Source: an uncultured Armatimonadia bacterium
GTDB taxonomy: Bacteria > Armatimonadota > Zipacnadia > CAVVLO01
Direction: 5' to 3'
Assembly: GCA_963749155.1 (NCBI GenBank)
Contig: CAVVLO010000002.1
Coordinates: 896,001-960,000, forward strand
DNA length: 64,000 nt
In this document: piece after piece, positions 51,594 through 61,698 of the stretch
How positions within the stretch are numbered: the stretch's first letter is position 1
Layout: each line of letters starts with the position of its first letter
The notes under the pieces: generated by a model
Told to the model about the DNA's origin: nothing
The model's input: the letters and a program-made list of their open reading frames with translations, nothing else
Database searches by the model: none
Program-made: the position numbers and the translations under genes

Positions 51594-52627
51594 TACGCGC
51601 CTCCAAAATCCTTGAGTGACAGGGGCATCCCCGTCTCTGCCGACTCTTCGATGGCCATGATAACTCGGGTAGCTTCGAGTCCATCCTGGCCTGTGACAAG
51701 TGGCTCGCGCCCCTCGATGAGACAATCTATAAAGTGAGTGATGCTGGCGCTCATAAAGCCGACTCGCCGCCCGTGGATGACGATATCGCCCAGCACGTCA
51801 GGGCAGGAGGGGCCGGTGGTATATTTTTCCGCCACGCCCGCGTCACTGCTGTTGATGTAGTAGCTGCCCTTACTGCCGATAAGGGAAAATTTCAAGTTGA
51901 AGATATTGCGCTCCGCTTCGGGCAGTATCCAGTTGTTCTCGACACTCGCCACGGCGCCCTTGTGGAAGCGCAGGATGTACTTGTAGAAGTCGGCCGTCGT
52001 GATGCCCTGGCCAGTCAGCACCCCTTCGCCCTTGACCGCGTAAACGTGACTGACCTCATCGTCCAGCAGCCAGCGCAAGGTGTCCAGGACATGCGAGCCG
52101 AGGAACCACAATACGCTGCTGCGGCCAGCCCAGGGCAGGTATTTGGTTGGGACATAGATGGTATCGTTCAGGCGGAAGTCCAGACTTTTTGGCTCGCCCA
52201 GCTCGCCCGTGTCGAGGGCCTGCTTCAGTTGGTAGAAGGGCGGGCTCCATCGGTTGTGAAAGTCAACCATCAGCCGCACCCCGGCGCGCCTTGCGGCCTC
52301 TATCACCCGCGCGCAATCGCCAGGTGTGAGCGCGAGGGGCTTCTCGACCAGCAGGTTCACGCCAGCCTCGGCCGCTGCGATGGCAATCTCGGTGTGAGCG
52401 AAATCTGGCGTTGCGATGGACAAGGCCTCGATACCTGATTGCTCGAGCAGCGCTTCCCAGCTTGCGTAGGCCCTGTCGGCGTTGCACTCTTGGGCGACCG
52501 CTTGCGCCCGGGCCAGGTCCAGATCAGCAATCGCAACCAGTTCGACCCTGGCATCGCCAGCATATACACGCGCGTGAAGCCTGCCCCACGTGCCCGCACC
52601 AATCACACCGACTCTTATGCGTTCCAT
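51593..52627 (-). CDS. Gfo/Idh/MocA family oxidoreductase
   Basis: VGVIGAGTWG, TPDFAH, VEKPL, GSHVLD. Confidence 0.92.
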   Translation of the reverse strand: MERIRVGVIGAGTWGRLHARVYAGDARVELVAIADLDLARAQAVAQECNADRAYASWEALLEQSGIEALSIATPDFAHTEIAIAAAEAGVNLLVEKPLALTPGDCARVIEAARRAGVRLMVDFHNRWSPPFYQLKQALDTGELGEPKSLDFRLNDTIYVPTKYLPWAGRSSVLWFLGSHVLDTLRWLLDDEVSHVYAVKGEGVLTGQGITTADFYKYILRFHKGAVASVENNWILPEAERNIFNLKFSLIGSKGSYYINSSDAGVAEKYTTGPSCPDVLGDIVIHGRRVGFMSASITHFIDCLIEGREPLVTGQDGLEATRVIMAIEESAETGMPLSLKDFGGA

Positions 52628-52647
52628 CCTGGTAACCCCCAGTTATG

Positions 52648-54591
52648 TTAGCCAAACAGCCGGTAGCCTCTGACGCCGGTGATGGAATCTACAACCAGCC
52701 AGAGCAGCATCATTATGAAGTCGCCCAGGATAAGCCCAAGGAAGAAAGGCCTGGCCTGGCGGTAAAGCTTGAGTCCGCCGTACTTGGTCAGCACGTAGTT
52801 GAGCAGGCTGCCCACAAGCATCGAGAACCACATATAGTTGATGCCCCAGGCTGTACTGGCGGCGTAGCCGATGGGGTGCAAGTGCCACCAGAGGAACCGC
52901 CACCGCATAATTGTAAGGAAGAGCATCATCCCCATCCCGATGAAGATGGCGAAAAACTTTTGAGCCGAGAAGCTCTGCGGGAAGGACACCACCGAGATAA
53001 GCTCATCGAAAGGCCGCTGGCCGACATGCACATAACGATAGCCATCCAGGGCTGCCCCACCCCCGTGCGTGTGCACCAGGTAGATCATCGCCCAGTAGGC
53101 GGCGACCATCCCGATGACGATGCCCACCAGGCTCAGCACGGTCAGCCCCCGACGCGGAAGCGACTTCTGCTCGATTATCTTGAAGGCCTCGAAGGCGTGT
53201 GGTCCCACTGCGCCTTTGAAATTCCAGGTGAAATAGGGCATCGAGAAGATGATTTGCCAGGTCTGTTGGCTGAAGCTGCCCCCTCCGTCCAGTGAGAAGA
53301 GGACGTAGTTCGGGGCACTTTGCGCAGCCCAGAGGAAGTTGGTGCCGCCCTCGGCCATCATCCTGTGAGTGGCGATCATGTAGATCAGTGTCAGGATGAA
53401 GAAGACCAGCCCCAGCCAGTAGGGCATCCCCGAAAGCGCCATCCAGCCGCCCAGGGCAAGGATGCCTAATACACTTCCCAGCACGGCCAGCCGGTAGGGC
53501 GGGTCACCAGGGGCCATCTTCACGCGACCAATTACTTTTTGCCAGATCTCGGCAAAGTGATGTCTTGCGGTAAAGAACAGAATGCCCACCAGCATCATCA
53601 GTGAGCCGGTCATCTGAGCGACAATGTACGGGAATTGCGCGTCTCTGAGCCCTCTACTGTCCCCTGCAAAGGACCAGCCCGTCCAGGCGCCGAAGACACA
53701 CTCGAGCTTGAAGAGGAAGAAGAAGACCCACATCGAGACAGCAATATCAAAGGGTAGCAAGAAGGCATATCCGATCACACAGAAGTAGACACAGATGAAG
53801 AACTGCCCGATGCTGCTCCAGGGTCGGTCGGTAAAGTGGTGCCCGAGGTCAATCATCAACAAGGGGATCTGCGGCACCGCCGGGAAATATGTGTGCAGCC
53901 CATTGAGCAGATGCACGACGCCAGGCACAGCGGCGCCAATCCAGAGCAGCTTGTTACGGAGCATTGGCGCCCAGAGGCCCTTCTCGGGCTCCTCCATAAG
54001 CGCAAGTGGCAGCTGCACCAGAGGGAAGGAAAGCCGCTCGCGGCGGATCCATTGCTCCTCGAACAAGACGGCCAGGCACTGGAAGACAAAGTAGAGGAGG
54101 AACACCATCGAACCGATGGAGAGCAGAGGTTTGATCCACTGGCTCCACTGGATTGCGAAAGCCGGCGCGCCTTCGTAGAAACGCCTGATGACCTCTGGGT
54201 CTCGCGGCCCCCACCACTTGGGGATTAGCTGCAGATATTCGCCATAATGGTTCGAGAGACTCTGATAATAGAAAGGCCCTGTCGTGACGGGCACTACCCA
54301 TTGGGAGAACTGGCAAGAGAGGACTGGTGCGGCAGCGAGCAGCACGACATAACTGGTAGCCAGTTCCTGCAGGCTGAAAGGCCTCATCCCCAGCCGGCGC
54401 GGGATTATGCGCAGCAGAGGGTTAATCGCTAGCGCGAAGATGATAAGTGTGACCAGAGCAACGCCTGGTGGCGAGAAGGAGCCAAGCTGGGTCGCCGAGA
54501 GGACTATCTCGACATAGGGATCTATCCAGGCCCAGACGACGACCAGCACCAGAGCAAGTATAATCGACCTTGCCGAGAGCTTCTCGCGCAA
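52648..54591 (-). CDS. DUF6785/DUF6784-like polytopic membrane protein (putative transporter)
   Basis: TTG start at 54591 after GGAGG; QWIRRERLSFPLVQLP, LHPIGY, KYGGLKLYRQARPFFLGLILG; many TM segments. Confidence 0.75.
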   Translation of the reverse strand: MREKLSARSIILALVLVVVWAWIDPYVEIVLSATQLGSFSPPGVALVTLIIFALAINPLLRIIPRRLGMRPFSLQELATSYVVLLAAAPVLSCQFSQWVVPVTTGPFYYQSLSNHYGEYLQLIPKWWGPRDPEVIRRFYEGAPAFAIQWSQWIKPLLSIGSMVFLLYFVFQCLAVLFEEQWIRRERLSFPLVQLPLALMEEPEKGLWAPMLRNKLLWIGAAVPGVVHLLNGLHTYFPAVPQIPLLMIDLGHHFTDRPWSSIGQFFICVYFCVIGYAFLLPFDIAVSMWVFFFLFKLECVFGAWTGWSFAGDSRGLRDAQFPYIVAQMTGSLMMLVGILFFTARHHFAEIWQKVIGRVKMAPGDPPYRLAVLGSVLGILALGGWMALSGMPYWLGLVFFILTLIYMIATHRMMAEGGTNFLWAAQSAPNYVLFSLDGGGSFSQQTWQIIFSMPYFTWNFKGAVGPHAFEAFKIIEQKSLPRRGLTVLSLVGIVIGMVAAYWAMIYLVHTHGGGAALDGYRYVHVGQRPFDELISVVSFPQSFSAQKFFAIFIGMGMMLFLTIMRWRFLWWHLHPIGYAASTAWGINYMWFSMLVGSLLNYVLTKYGGLKLYRQARPFFLGLILGDFIMMLLWLVVDSITGVRGYRLFG

Positions 54592-54595
54592 GTTG

Positions 54596-56399
54596 TTACC
54601 TCCCCTCAAAGGCAAGTCGTGGCCAACGCTCGTACGCGCGCAGCTCATACACCCCTGCCAGAGTGGCGCCGTTAGTTTCAATCACTTCCAAAACAAGCTG
54701 CTCAGCCTCACGCGGCTCGAACTCGTGCCTGCGAACGCGCTGGTAGTTGGCTTCTTCCTCCGCCACGACCTCGCCCTGTCCGCCTGTTGCAAGCCACACT
54801 CGGTAGTGTTTTGGCGTCTCTGGGATCGCCCTGGGCGCGAACTGGGCACCGCGATAACTATTCAGGTTGGTATCGAAGGTGATTTGCACCGCGCCAATTT
54901 TTGTCGGTCGCTTGAAGTGCAATGTCACATACTGGGGGAAGAGCCCCTCCGCTACCCACTTGTGCGCCGGCGCCTCCACCAGTTGACGATTATGACCATC
55001 GGTCACGGCAGCCGCAGGCAGGTCGGGAGATTCCGAGGAGGCTGACACCGTTGCCTTACGGGCCAGGTCCAGCGGGTCATCGTTGGTCAGGCCCAAAATC
55101 GTTGCATCCTCGCGCAGCAGCGTCTGCTGCAACTCTTCAAGGTACATACGGACTATCCCGCGCGGGGTTGTGCCATATGCCGCGCAGAAAGCCGCACAGG
55201 CGCCGACCGCTTGTCCCATCGCCCCGCAGGTCTTCATCACCCGGTAAGAGCCATGCGCCACGTGGGTGCCGCTGATATTGCGCCCTGCAAACATTACGTT
55301 ATCCAAATCTTTCGAGTAGAGCGCTCTCAGCGGGATGTCATACAGGTCCGGCCAGTCGTAGTAGACGATGCGCGGCCGCTCAGGATCGGGCACCGCCTCG
55401 TGCTGGTCGATTGGGAAGCCGCCATAGGCTACCCGGTCGAAGAGACGCTCCTGCGGGTAGAGGTCGTGCTGGGTCAGCGTGTAATCGCCGATAAACCTGC
55501 GACTCTCTCTCTTGCCGAGCAGTGGGCTTATCCACGCAAGCTGGTAGTTGGCCATCGCTTCAGCCTGGGGAGAACGATTCTTCGACCCAGTCAACCGTCG
55601 CGTAGATCTGCTCCAGCAGCTTGCGATAGATAATATCTTCATCGCGCAAGGCATCGAGTTGGCCGCCCCACTCGGTCGCCCAGCAGATAACCACCGACCT
55701 GCCGTCTCTCACCACCGGCGGCGTTCCATAAACGACGTCGGAAGCGTCCTTATAGACTGGCGTGCCAGGTGGCGGAGTAAATTCGACAGGTTTGCCGGTG
55801 TTGACCAACCAGTATATGAGGCTTGCGCCCGCAACGTTCAGGTCAGGCTGCTCGGGAGCAAAACACTCCTTGAACTCCTCTCTGCCCTCTCTGCCATACC
55901 GGAAGCTGCACCCCAGCGAGGCCGCGATATCACCATCTCCGGTCGCGTCCACAAGCACATGCTCAATAGTCAGCCTGCGCGTTTCGTGCCGCGAGCCTTG
56001 GGCGATAGTCACTTCGCTAACCTTGAAGCCCGTGCGCTCAGCGGAGAGGGCCAGGCTCTTCAGATAAAGGTGGACGCCTGCCTCCTCGCATTTACGGCGT
56101 AAGAGGTCGCTCCAGCGCGAGTTGAAATAGGGGATGACACCCGGCGCCGGCTCGAAGAAGGCCCCCTCGTGCAGGGCCTCCAGTTCCAGTTCTTCGACGA
56201 TACCGGTCTCTTGTGCCCAGGGCCGGTTGCCATGCTCGGTCGCGCCGAGAATATGGATGCCGAACATTGCACTGGACAAGCCTCCCAGCACCTGCTCGCG
56301 CTCGACCAGGGCCACGCGAGCCCCCAGGCGCGCCGCCTGGATGGATGCGCAGACGCCTGAAAGCCCTCCTCCCAGCACTACCACTTCATAATGAGGCAA
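54596..56399 (-). CDS. FAD-dependent oxidoreductase (FAD_oxidored type) with C-terminal discoidin/F5-8-like domain (about 600 aa; +1 frameshift near 55583)
   Basis: GGGLSG, LGGLSS, DATGDG; removing one G restores WVKNRSP; GKRESRR, YDIPLRAL, GRNISGTHVA, MGQAVG; LARKATVSASS..VTDG. Confidence 0.85.
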
Positions 56400-56405
56400 T
56401 CGAGG

Positions 56406-58892
56406 CTACCTCCTGCGGACCTCGAGGATATCCCAACCGCGCGCCTTTACGCCATAGTCGGGTACGATAAGGGTTGCGCCTTCGTGAGTGAATTCAACTG
56501 GTCTGTTACGCTTCAGGCTCCAAAGCTCCAGTTCATCGAAAGGCAAGTCAACAAGATAGTCCGCGGTGTTGAATTTCAAAGTAATCGTGTCGAAGGCCGG
56601 TCCTGGATTCCACATACAAAGGAACCCGAACTTGCCCTTTAGTTCGTTCCTGAGGTGAGCAATTGCATCGATGTGCGGCGGCTCGGTCACGCCCTCATCC
56701 CAGGAGTCCCAGGTCGGTTCGGTCAGAATCTGAGTATACTGGAGGAACTCCCTGTTCTCCCAGTTCCAGTTTATCCACTTTGTGATGGCGGCCTGTTCCT
56801 CGGGAGTCATCTCCGGCAGCTTGCCATGGATTTCCACATTGCTTATAAAGGCGCCAATCGTCGTGAAATGGTACTCCAGCGCGTCCACACTGGCTGGTGG
56901 CGTGTGGCAGGGCGTCTCCCAGGCGATGCAGAAACTCGGCCGCGTGCTGGCGAGGCTATACAGCGAGCGCCGGTAGATGTCGGCATTCTTGTACCACCAG
57001 TCGAGTTGGTCCATCCTGCTCGGGTCATAACCTATCGCCCAATCGCCAAACCAGCCCTCCTCCTGCATATCGCAGACCTCGGGCCCGCCTTCCCAGCCCC
57101 GGTCAACGATGAAGCCGGGACGCGCCTTGCGCAGCGCGTCACCGAAGGCAGTCCAGCTTTCTACCTGTGCCGCCACAGACTGCCCAGGCAGATGGTCGTG
57201 CCCCGCGCCCGTGCATCCATCGTGGAAGAGTCCCGAGTCACACTTGAAGAAGTCGACCTTCGCCTCTTTAGCAATGCCGACAAAGTGATTGGTCAGCCAG
57301 TCACCCCAGTCGCTGGCCATGCACATCCCCAGGTGGCTGCCCCACTCGTGCTGGATTGAGCCATCAGGATAAGTGATTAGCCAGTCGGCATGTTCGGTGG
57401 CGTTTTGCGTGTTGGGCGAGGTCATAATCGGCGACATCCAGATACCGAATTTCATCCCTGCCTTGCGCGTGGCATCGGAAACCGGACGCAGTCCTTCGGG
57501 AAACTTGGCGTAGTCTATTACCCAGTCGCCAAACCGGTGGCCGCCGTCCTCTGTGAGGGCGCTCTTCTGCCATCCATCATCAATCACGAAATACTGGCAG
57601 CCAATCTCCCTGGCCAGTGGGATTAGTTCATAACACTGGTCGGCGGTTATGCCCGCGTAATAGCCGAACCAGGTGTTATAAAGAGGGGGCACCGCGCGCG
57701 GGCTGGATTTCACATAATGGTAGTTGGAAAAAAGTTGCACGGTGAAATCAGCCACTCGCCGGTCGCCCTCGACGACCGCAAACAGTGCTTTGCGAGTCTC
57801 AAAAGGCTGCTCTGAGAGCGCCTCCATCGGCGAATACCAGCACCTGGCTAACTGGCCTTTCAGCTCGCGCTGGCCTAGATAGCTGAAAACTCCTGACACC
57901 AGGCCTGCTCGGGCAGGCTCCGGCAGCCGCGTAAACTGGGAGTGGCCCTCCAGCCAGTCATTGCCGCTCTTCTCCGGAAAGCTGAAACTTGGGAAGCTGA
58001 CTTCGGTCAGTAACTTGCCCTGCGTGGCGCTGGCGACGTCCACCCAGGTTGTGACCCAGGGCTGGTCGCCCTTGAAAAGGCCGTAGTGGAGCGCGCAAGT
58101 GAGCCCTTCGGTCTCGGGCTGATTGCCGACCAGATTGAAAGTGACTTCCATACCGGCGCTGGTTTCAGTTTGCTTCCAGCTCTCAAGCAAGAAGCCTGAA
58201 GCCAGGTCCGCGCGCTGCCTGGATCTGGCTGTACTACTCGCTGTCACAGGGCCATAGATGCCGTTGGGATGGCCATGACCGGTCAGGCGGATAGCCAGAC
58301 TGGAAGCGCCCTCGGGCACCTCCACTTTATAGGTCATACCCCAGGGGCCTTCCTCAGGCTTGACCGAAAGCAGCAGCTTGCCGCCTGCCCAGATATCGGC
58401 TTCATCGTCCAGCGCCTGGCTGAAAGTAACCTGGCGCGTGCCGGGTGGAAGAGGCAGTCGCAGGTACCAGGTGGCGTTCTCCTCGTCGGTGCGGAAGGGC
58501 AGTTTCAGTTCTTCCCAGCCTGTATCATCGAAGTCTTCCTCTTGCCAACCCTCGGAGGCTGTCCGGCTCATCCGCGCGGCTAGCAGAGCCTGACCCGGGT
58601 CAGAGAATTCCTCTGCGGAGGCAAGCTCAAGCAGCGCCGCTCCAGCCCCGCTCGGGTAGACCTGCCCCGAAGCCAGGTCAGTGATAGACTCAACCACCAG
58701 GCCACCTGCGGTTTGCCCAAGCGCAAGCTCGATCCGGTCGTTGCCCAGCAGGAAACCAGCCTCAGTCTGCCGGGCCTTACAGGCTTCTCCCTTGAAGAAA
58801 TCGCCTGCATTTTTGCTGTTGTCGGCGAAGGCGCCAGTTGATGCCAGGCTTATCAGTGCAGTCAGGATTGCGAGCGCAAGAGTCCCTCTCAT
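56406..58892 (-). CDS. Exported alpha-galactosidase-like glycoside hydrolase (GH36 / clan GH-D)
   Basis: Signal peptide; YNTW, FVIDDGWQ, KFPEGL, GMKFGIWMSP, DFFKCD (putative nucleophile Asp). Confidence 0.85.
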   Translation of the reverse strand: MRGTLALAILTALISLASTGAFADNSKNAGDFFKGEACKARQTEAGFLLGNDRIELALGQTAGGLVVESITDLASGQVYPSGAGAALLELASAEEFSDPGQALLAARMSRTASEGWQEEDFDDTGWEELKLPFRTDEENATWYLRLPLPPGTRQVTFSQALDDEADIWAGGKLLLSVKPEEGPWGMTYKVEVPEGASSLAIRLTGHGHPNGIYGPVTASSTARSRQRADLASGFLLESWKQTETSAGMEVTFNLVGNQPETEGLTCALHYGLFKGDQPWVTTWVDVASATQGKLLTEVSFPSFSFPEKSGNDWLEGHSQFTRLPEPARAGLVSGVFSYLGQRELKGQLARCWYSPMEALSEQPFETRKALFAVVEGDRRVADFTVQLFSNYHYVKSSPRAVPPLYNTWFGYYAGITADQCYELIPLAREIGCQYFVIDDGWQKSALTEDGGHRFGDWVIDYAKFPEGLRPVSDATRKAGMKFGIWMSPIMTSPNTQNATEHADWLITYPDGSIQHEWGSHLGMCMASDWGDWLTNHFVGIAKEAKVDFFKCDSGLFHDGCTGAGHDHLPGQSVAAQVESWTAFGDALRKARPGFIVDRGWEGGPEVCDMQEEGWFGDWAIGYDPSRMDQLDWWYKNADIYRRSLYSLASTRPSFCIAWETPCHTPPASVDALEYHFTTIGAFISNVEIHGKLPEMTPEEQAAITKWINWNWENREFLQYTQILTEPTWDSWDEGVTEPPHIDAIAHLRNELKGKFGFLCMWNPGPAFDTITLKFNTADYLVDLPFDELELWSLKRNRPVEFTHEGATLIVPDYGVKARGWDILEVRRR

Positions 58893-58971
58893 TGCTGGCC
58901 TCCAGAGCGGAATTATTCAACTTATAGTTCCCCCTGGGTGGCCCTTGTCCTCTTGCGGGCAGGCTTCGCGG

Positions 58972-59000
58972 TTGACAGAGTGCCCCTGGCTGCTTAAGGT
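58972..59000 (+). promoter_or_regulatory. Sigma70-type promoter
   Basis: TTGACA-17 nt-TAAGGT upstream of the MBL gene. Confidence 0.55.
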
Positions 59001-59030
59001 TGCCTCTACCTCAGCGCAAGGAGTCATCCA

Positions 59031-59834
59031 GTGAGCAGCTTCATCACGTTCCTCGGTACGGGCGGCGCCCGGTTTGTCGTAAGCCAGCAACTGCGTCATT
59101 CGGGAGGGATTTGGTTTAACCTGGGCGGGGTGCAATTCCACGTCGATCCCGGCCCAGGCGCGCTGGTGCGGGCGCTTGCCAGCAAGCCCAAACTCGACCC
59201 GCGCAAGCTGGAAGCGGTCATCCTCACCCACAAGCATCTTGACCACGCCAACGATGTCAACATAATGGCCGAGGCAATGAGCAACGGCGGATTTGACAAG
59301 CGCGGCCTGCTGCTTGCGCCCTCTGACTGCTGGGAAGGAGACCCTGTTATCCGCGAATATCTGCATCCTTACGTCGCCCGGCGTGAGCGGCTTTCGCCTG
59401 GCAGTCAGCATCAGGTCGGGCCTGTCATCATCAGAGCCACTGCCAGTCCAATGCGTCATGGCGCCGCTGAGACATATGGCTTGCTGATTGAATACCAGGA
59501 TCTGTGCATCGGTTATGTCTCCGACACGGATTACTTCGATGAGTTGCCTGGCCTGTTTGCGGGTTGTCAGGTGCTAATCGTAAACGTCGTGATGCATGCT
59601 AACGATCGCCCCGACATCCTGCATATGAGCCTCGAAGACGCCGCGCTGTTGCTGCAGGAAGTGCATCCTGAAGCTGGAATCCTTACGCACTTCGGTCTTA
59701 TGATGCTGCGCGAAAAACCCTGGCTGGAAGCGGCCCGCCTTACCAAACAGCTCGGGCTCAGGGTAGTGGCAGCCTCTGATGGATTGAGTTTTCCACTTGA
59801 TGACTGGCTTGGGGGCGATGAAGATGGAATCTAA
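59031..59834 (+). CDS. MBL-fold metallo-hydrolase
   Basis: FLGTGG, VDPGPG, THKHLDH, YVSDT, LTHFG. Confidence 0.88.
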   Translation: MSSFITFLGTGGARFVVSQQLRHSGGIWFNLGGVQFHVDPGPGALVRALASKPKLDPRKLEAVILTHKHLDHANDVNIMAEAMSNGGFDKRGLLLAPSDCWEGDPVIREYLHPYVARRERLSPGSQHQVGPVIIRATASPMRHGAAETYGLLIEYQDLCIGYVSDTDYFDELPGLFAGCQVLIVNVVMHANDRPDILHMSLEDAALLLQEVHPEAGILTHFGLMMLREKPWLEAARLTKQLGLRVVAASDGLSFPLDDWLGGDEDGI

Positions 59835-61032
59835 ACCCAGAAGAGTCTATCTCGAAGAGTTTGGCGAGTTGCTGGACCTGCTGGAGACAGTATTTCGCGG
59901 CAACCGGCTTTTCTTTGAGCATATTCTGTCCAAAGATCCCTGGATGAAAGAGCGGCTTACTTTTGTCATCGAAGAAGATGGCAAGCTGGTCAGTCATGTC
60001 AGTTGCCATATGCGGCCCGTCCGGTTCGGTTCTATCGAGGTGCCGATGGGGGGTATAGGCCATGTCGCCACCCTGCCACAGTATCGCGAGCGACATCATT
60101 CGACCGCCCTGTTGCAAGCGGTCATAGACGGGATGGAGCTCGCCGAGACACCCCTCTCGCTGCTCTTTACGGGCATCAATGCCTTCTACGAGCGCCTCCA
60201 CTGGTATGGCCTGGAACGGGTGGATTATTCTTTTTCAGCCGATGACGCCCTCTGGCTGCCGCGTGGCGAATATGAACTGCGTGCCTTTGGGGAGGAAGAC
60301 CTGCCAGCCGTGATGAGCCTGTATAGCAAGGTCTCTCTCGCCTATACCCTCTCACTCGCCCGCAGCGAGACTTACTGGCGCAACTGGTGGACCTGGGCGG
60401 ATCCAGATCGCCGGGTTTCAGATGATCCGCGCTGCTTCCAATTGGCTTTCGCAGACGACCAGTTGGTGGCGTATGGCCTCTTCCGACCGGGGGAGGAGAG
60501 CACCGGCATCGCCGAACTGCTGGGCTTGCCTGGCCACGAACAAGCGATGGCTGCTCTGGTGGCGAACGCCGCGGGCCAATTCGGCAAGCCGGCTTTTGGG
60601 ATGCGCCTTATCAAGCATCACCCCTATACCGATGCCTTGCTGGCAGCAGGCGCCAAGCTTGAATCGAGTCTCTCGTACGGCAGTATGTTCCGTGTTAACA
60701 GTCTCTATGTGTTGCTTAAGTGCCTGCTGCCCGAGCTCGGGCGACGCCTGGCTGCGGCTGGGGGCGGCAGTGGGAAATTAGTCATCGGGCACTTCTCGGG
60801 GGCGGTCGCGCTTGAGAGCTCGGGCGACCAGGTCACGGTGGCCCCCGCCAGCAGAGCCGAACCTGATCTCCAGTTGCCCGAGACCACGCTGCTCAGCCTG
60901 CTAATCGGGGTAGGCGAACCGCTGGAGACCCTGGGCGAAGCTGCCTCAAAGCTCCAACCCGAACAGCGCAGCCTGCTTGCGGCTCTCTTCCCCGCCGGTA
61001 TGCCCCAATACTGGCCGGGAGATGGCTTCTAG
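59818..61032 (+). CDS. Eis-like GNAT N-acetyltransferase with C-terminal SCP2-like domain
   Basis: GGIGHVATLPQYRER, FYERL, tandem GNAT layout, C-terminal FRV..L and LLSLLIG. Confidence 0.8.
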   Translation: MKMESKPRRVYLEEFGELLDLLETVFRGNRLFFEHILSKDPWMKERLTFVIEEDGKLVSHVSCHMRPVRFGSIEVPMGGIGHVATLPQYRERHHSTALLQAVIDGMELAETPLSLLFTGINAFYERLHWYGLERVDYSFSADDALWLPRGEYELRAFGEEDLPAVMSLYSKVSLAYTLSLARSETYWRNWWTWADPDRRVSDDPRCFQLAFADDQLVAYGLFRPGEESTGIAELLGLPGHEQAMAALVANAAGQFGKPAFGMRLIKHHPYTDALLAAGAKLESSLSYGSMFRVNSLYVLLKCLLPELGRRLAAAGGGSGKLVIGHFSGAVALESSGDQVTVAPASRAEPDLQLPETTLLSLLIGVGEPLETLGEAASKLQPEQRSLLAALFPAGMPQYWPGDGF

Positions 61033-61082
61033 ACAGGGAGTGCTAACATATCTAGAGTGACCCCTTCAGGGAGGTGGCTTCG

Positions 61083-61601
61083 ATGCGCCTGGGACTTCTT
61101 TTGGTAATGCTGCTTCTGGCTGCCTTGCTTGCAGGTTGCAGTCCTGGCTCGGTTGATATTGATATCGCCGAAGTGAGGCTGACCTGGACCGACTCGGCGA
61201 CTTCTCACCTGGCGCTTTATGCTTTCAGTCTCGATTCGGGCGGCGAAGTTATCGCCGTGCTGATGCTCGCGAATCCTGTTGAATATCCCCATGAGTTCAC
61301 TCTGCCTCCTGAAGGCTGGGCGCGCGTCGCAATCGCGGTAGAATACCTGGACGGAAGTGAGGCGGCTACTCCCCGGCTGCGCGTCAGAGGGTATCTCGAA
61401 GATGACGAGGTGCTGGACGAAACCTATACAGGCCCCATAATTGATGCGGCTTCGCCCTGGTGGCTTGCCAAATTCTTGCGCATAGACGAGGAAGCACTGG
61501 ATGTGCGCGACTACGAAGGGCCTACGATTGATGAAATCGAAGACCTGCTCGGCAGGGCCCGGGCAAAGGGGCTGACTCCAGGCGCCTGGGTCGAATTGTA
61601 A
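61083..61601 (+). CDS. Hypothetical lipoprotein
   Basis: MRLGLLLVMLLLAALLAG-C lipobox; GGGAGG RBS. Confidence 0.75.
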   Translation: MRLGLLLVMLLLAALLAGCSPGSVDIDIAEVRLTWTDSATSHLALYAFSLDSGGEVIAVLMLANPVEYPHEFTLPPEGWARVAIAVEYLDGSEAATPRLRVRGYLEDDEVLDETYTGPIIDAASPWWLAKFLRIDEEALDVRDYEGPTIDEIEDLLGRARAKGLTPGAWVEL

Positions 61602-61629
61602 TTTCGCCCAAGAATCTTCCGAAAACTAG

Positions 61630-61683
61630 TTGTACCCCCCATATGGTGTGGTATGATTATTTTCCACAAACAACATATTGTCT
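61630..61683 (+). promoter_or_regulatory. nrdJ promoter overlapped by two NrdR-box-like sites
   Basis: TTGTAC-16-TATGAT with TG extension; ACCCCCCATATGGTGT (61634-61649) and AAACAACATATTGTCT (61668-61683) match the consensus acaCwAtATaTwGtgt at 11/16 and 13/16. Confidence 0.65.
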
Positions 61684-61698
61684 TCTGGGGGGAGACGC

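Noticed and set aside
2094..55590. Programmed frameshifting or phase variation at the split genes
   Set aside because: No shared slippery sequence or long simple repeat at the sites, and the genes are unrelated, mostly housekeeping.
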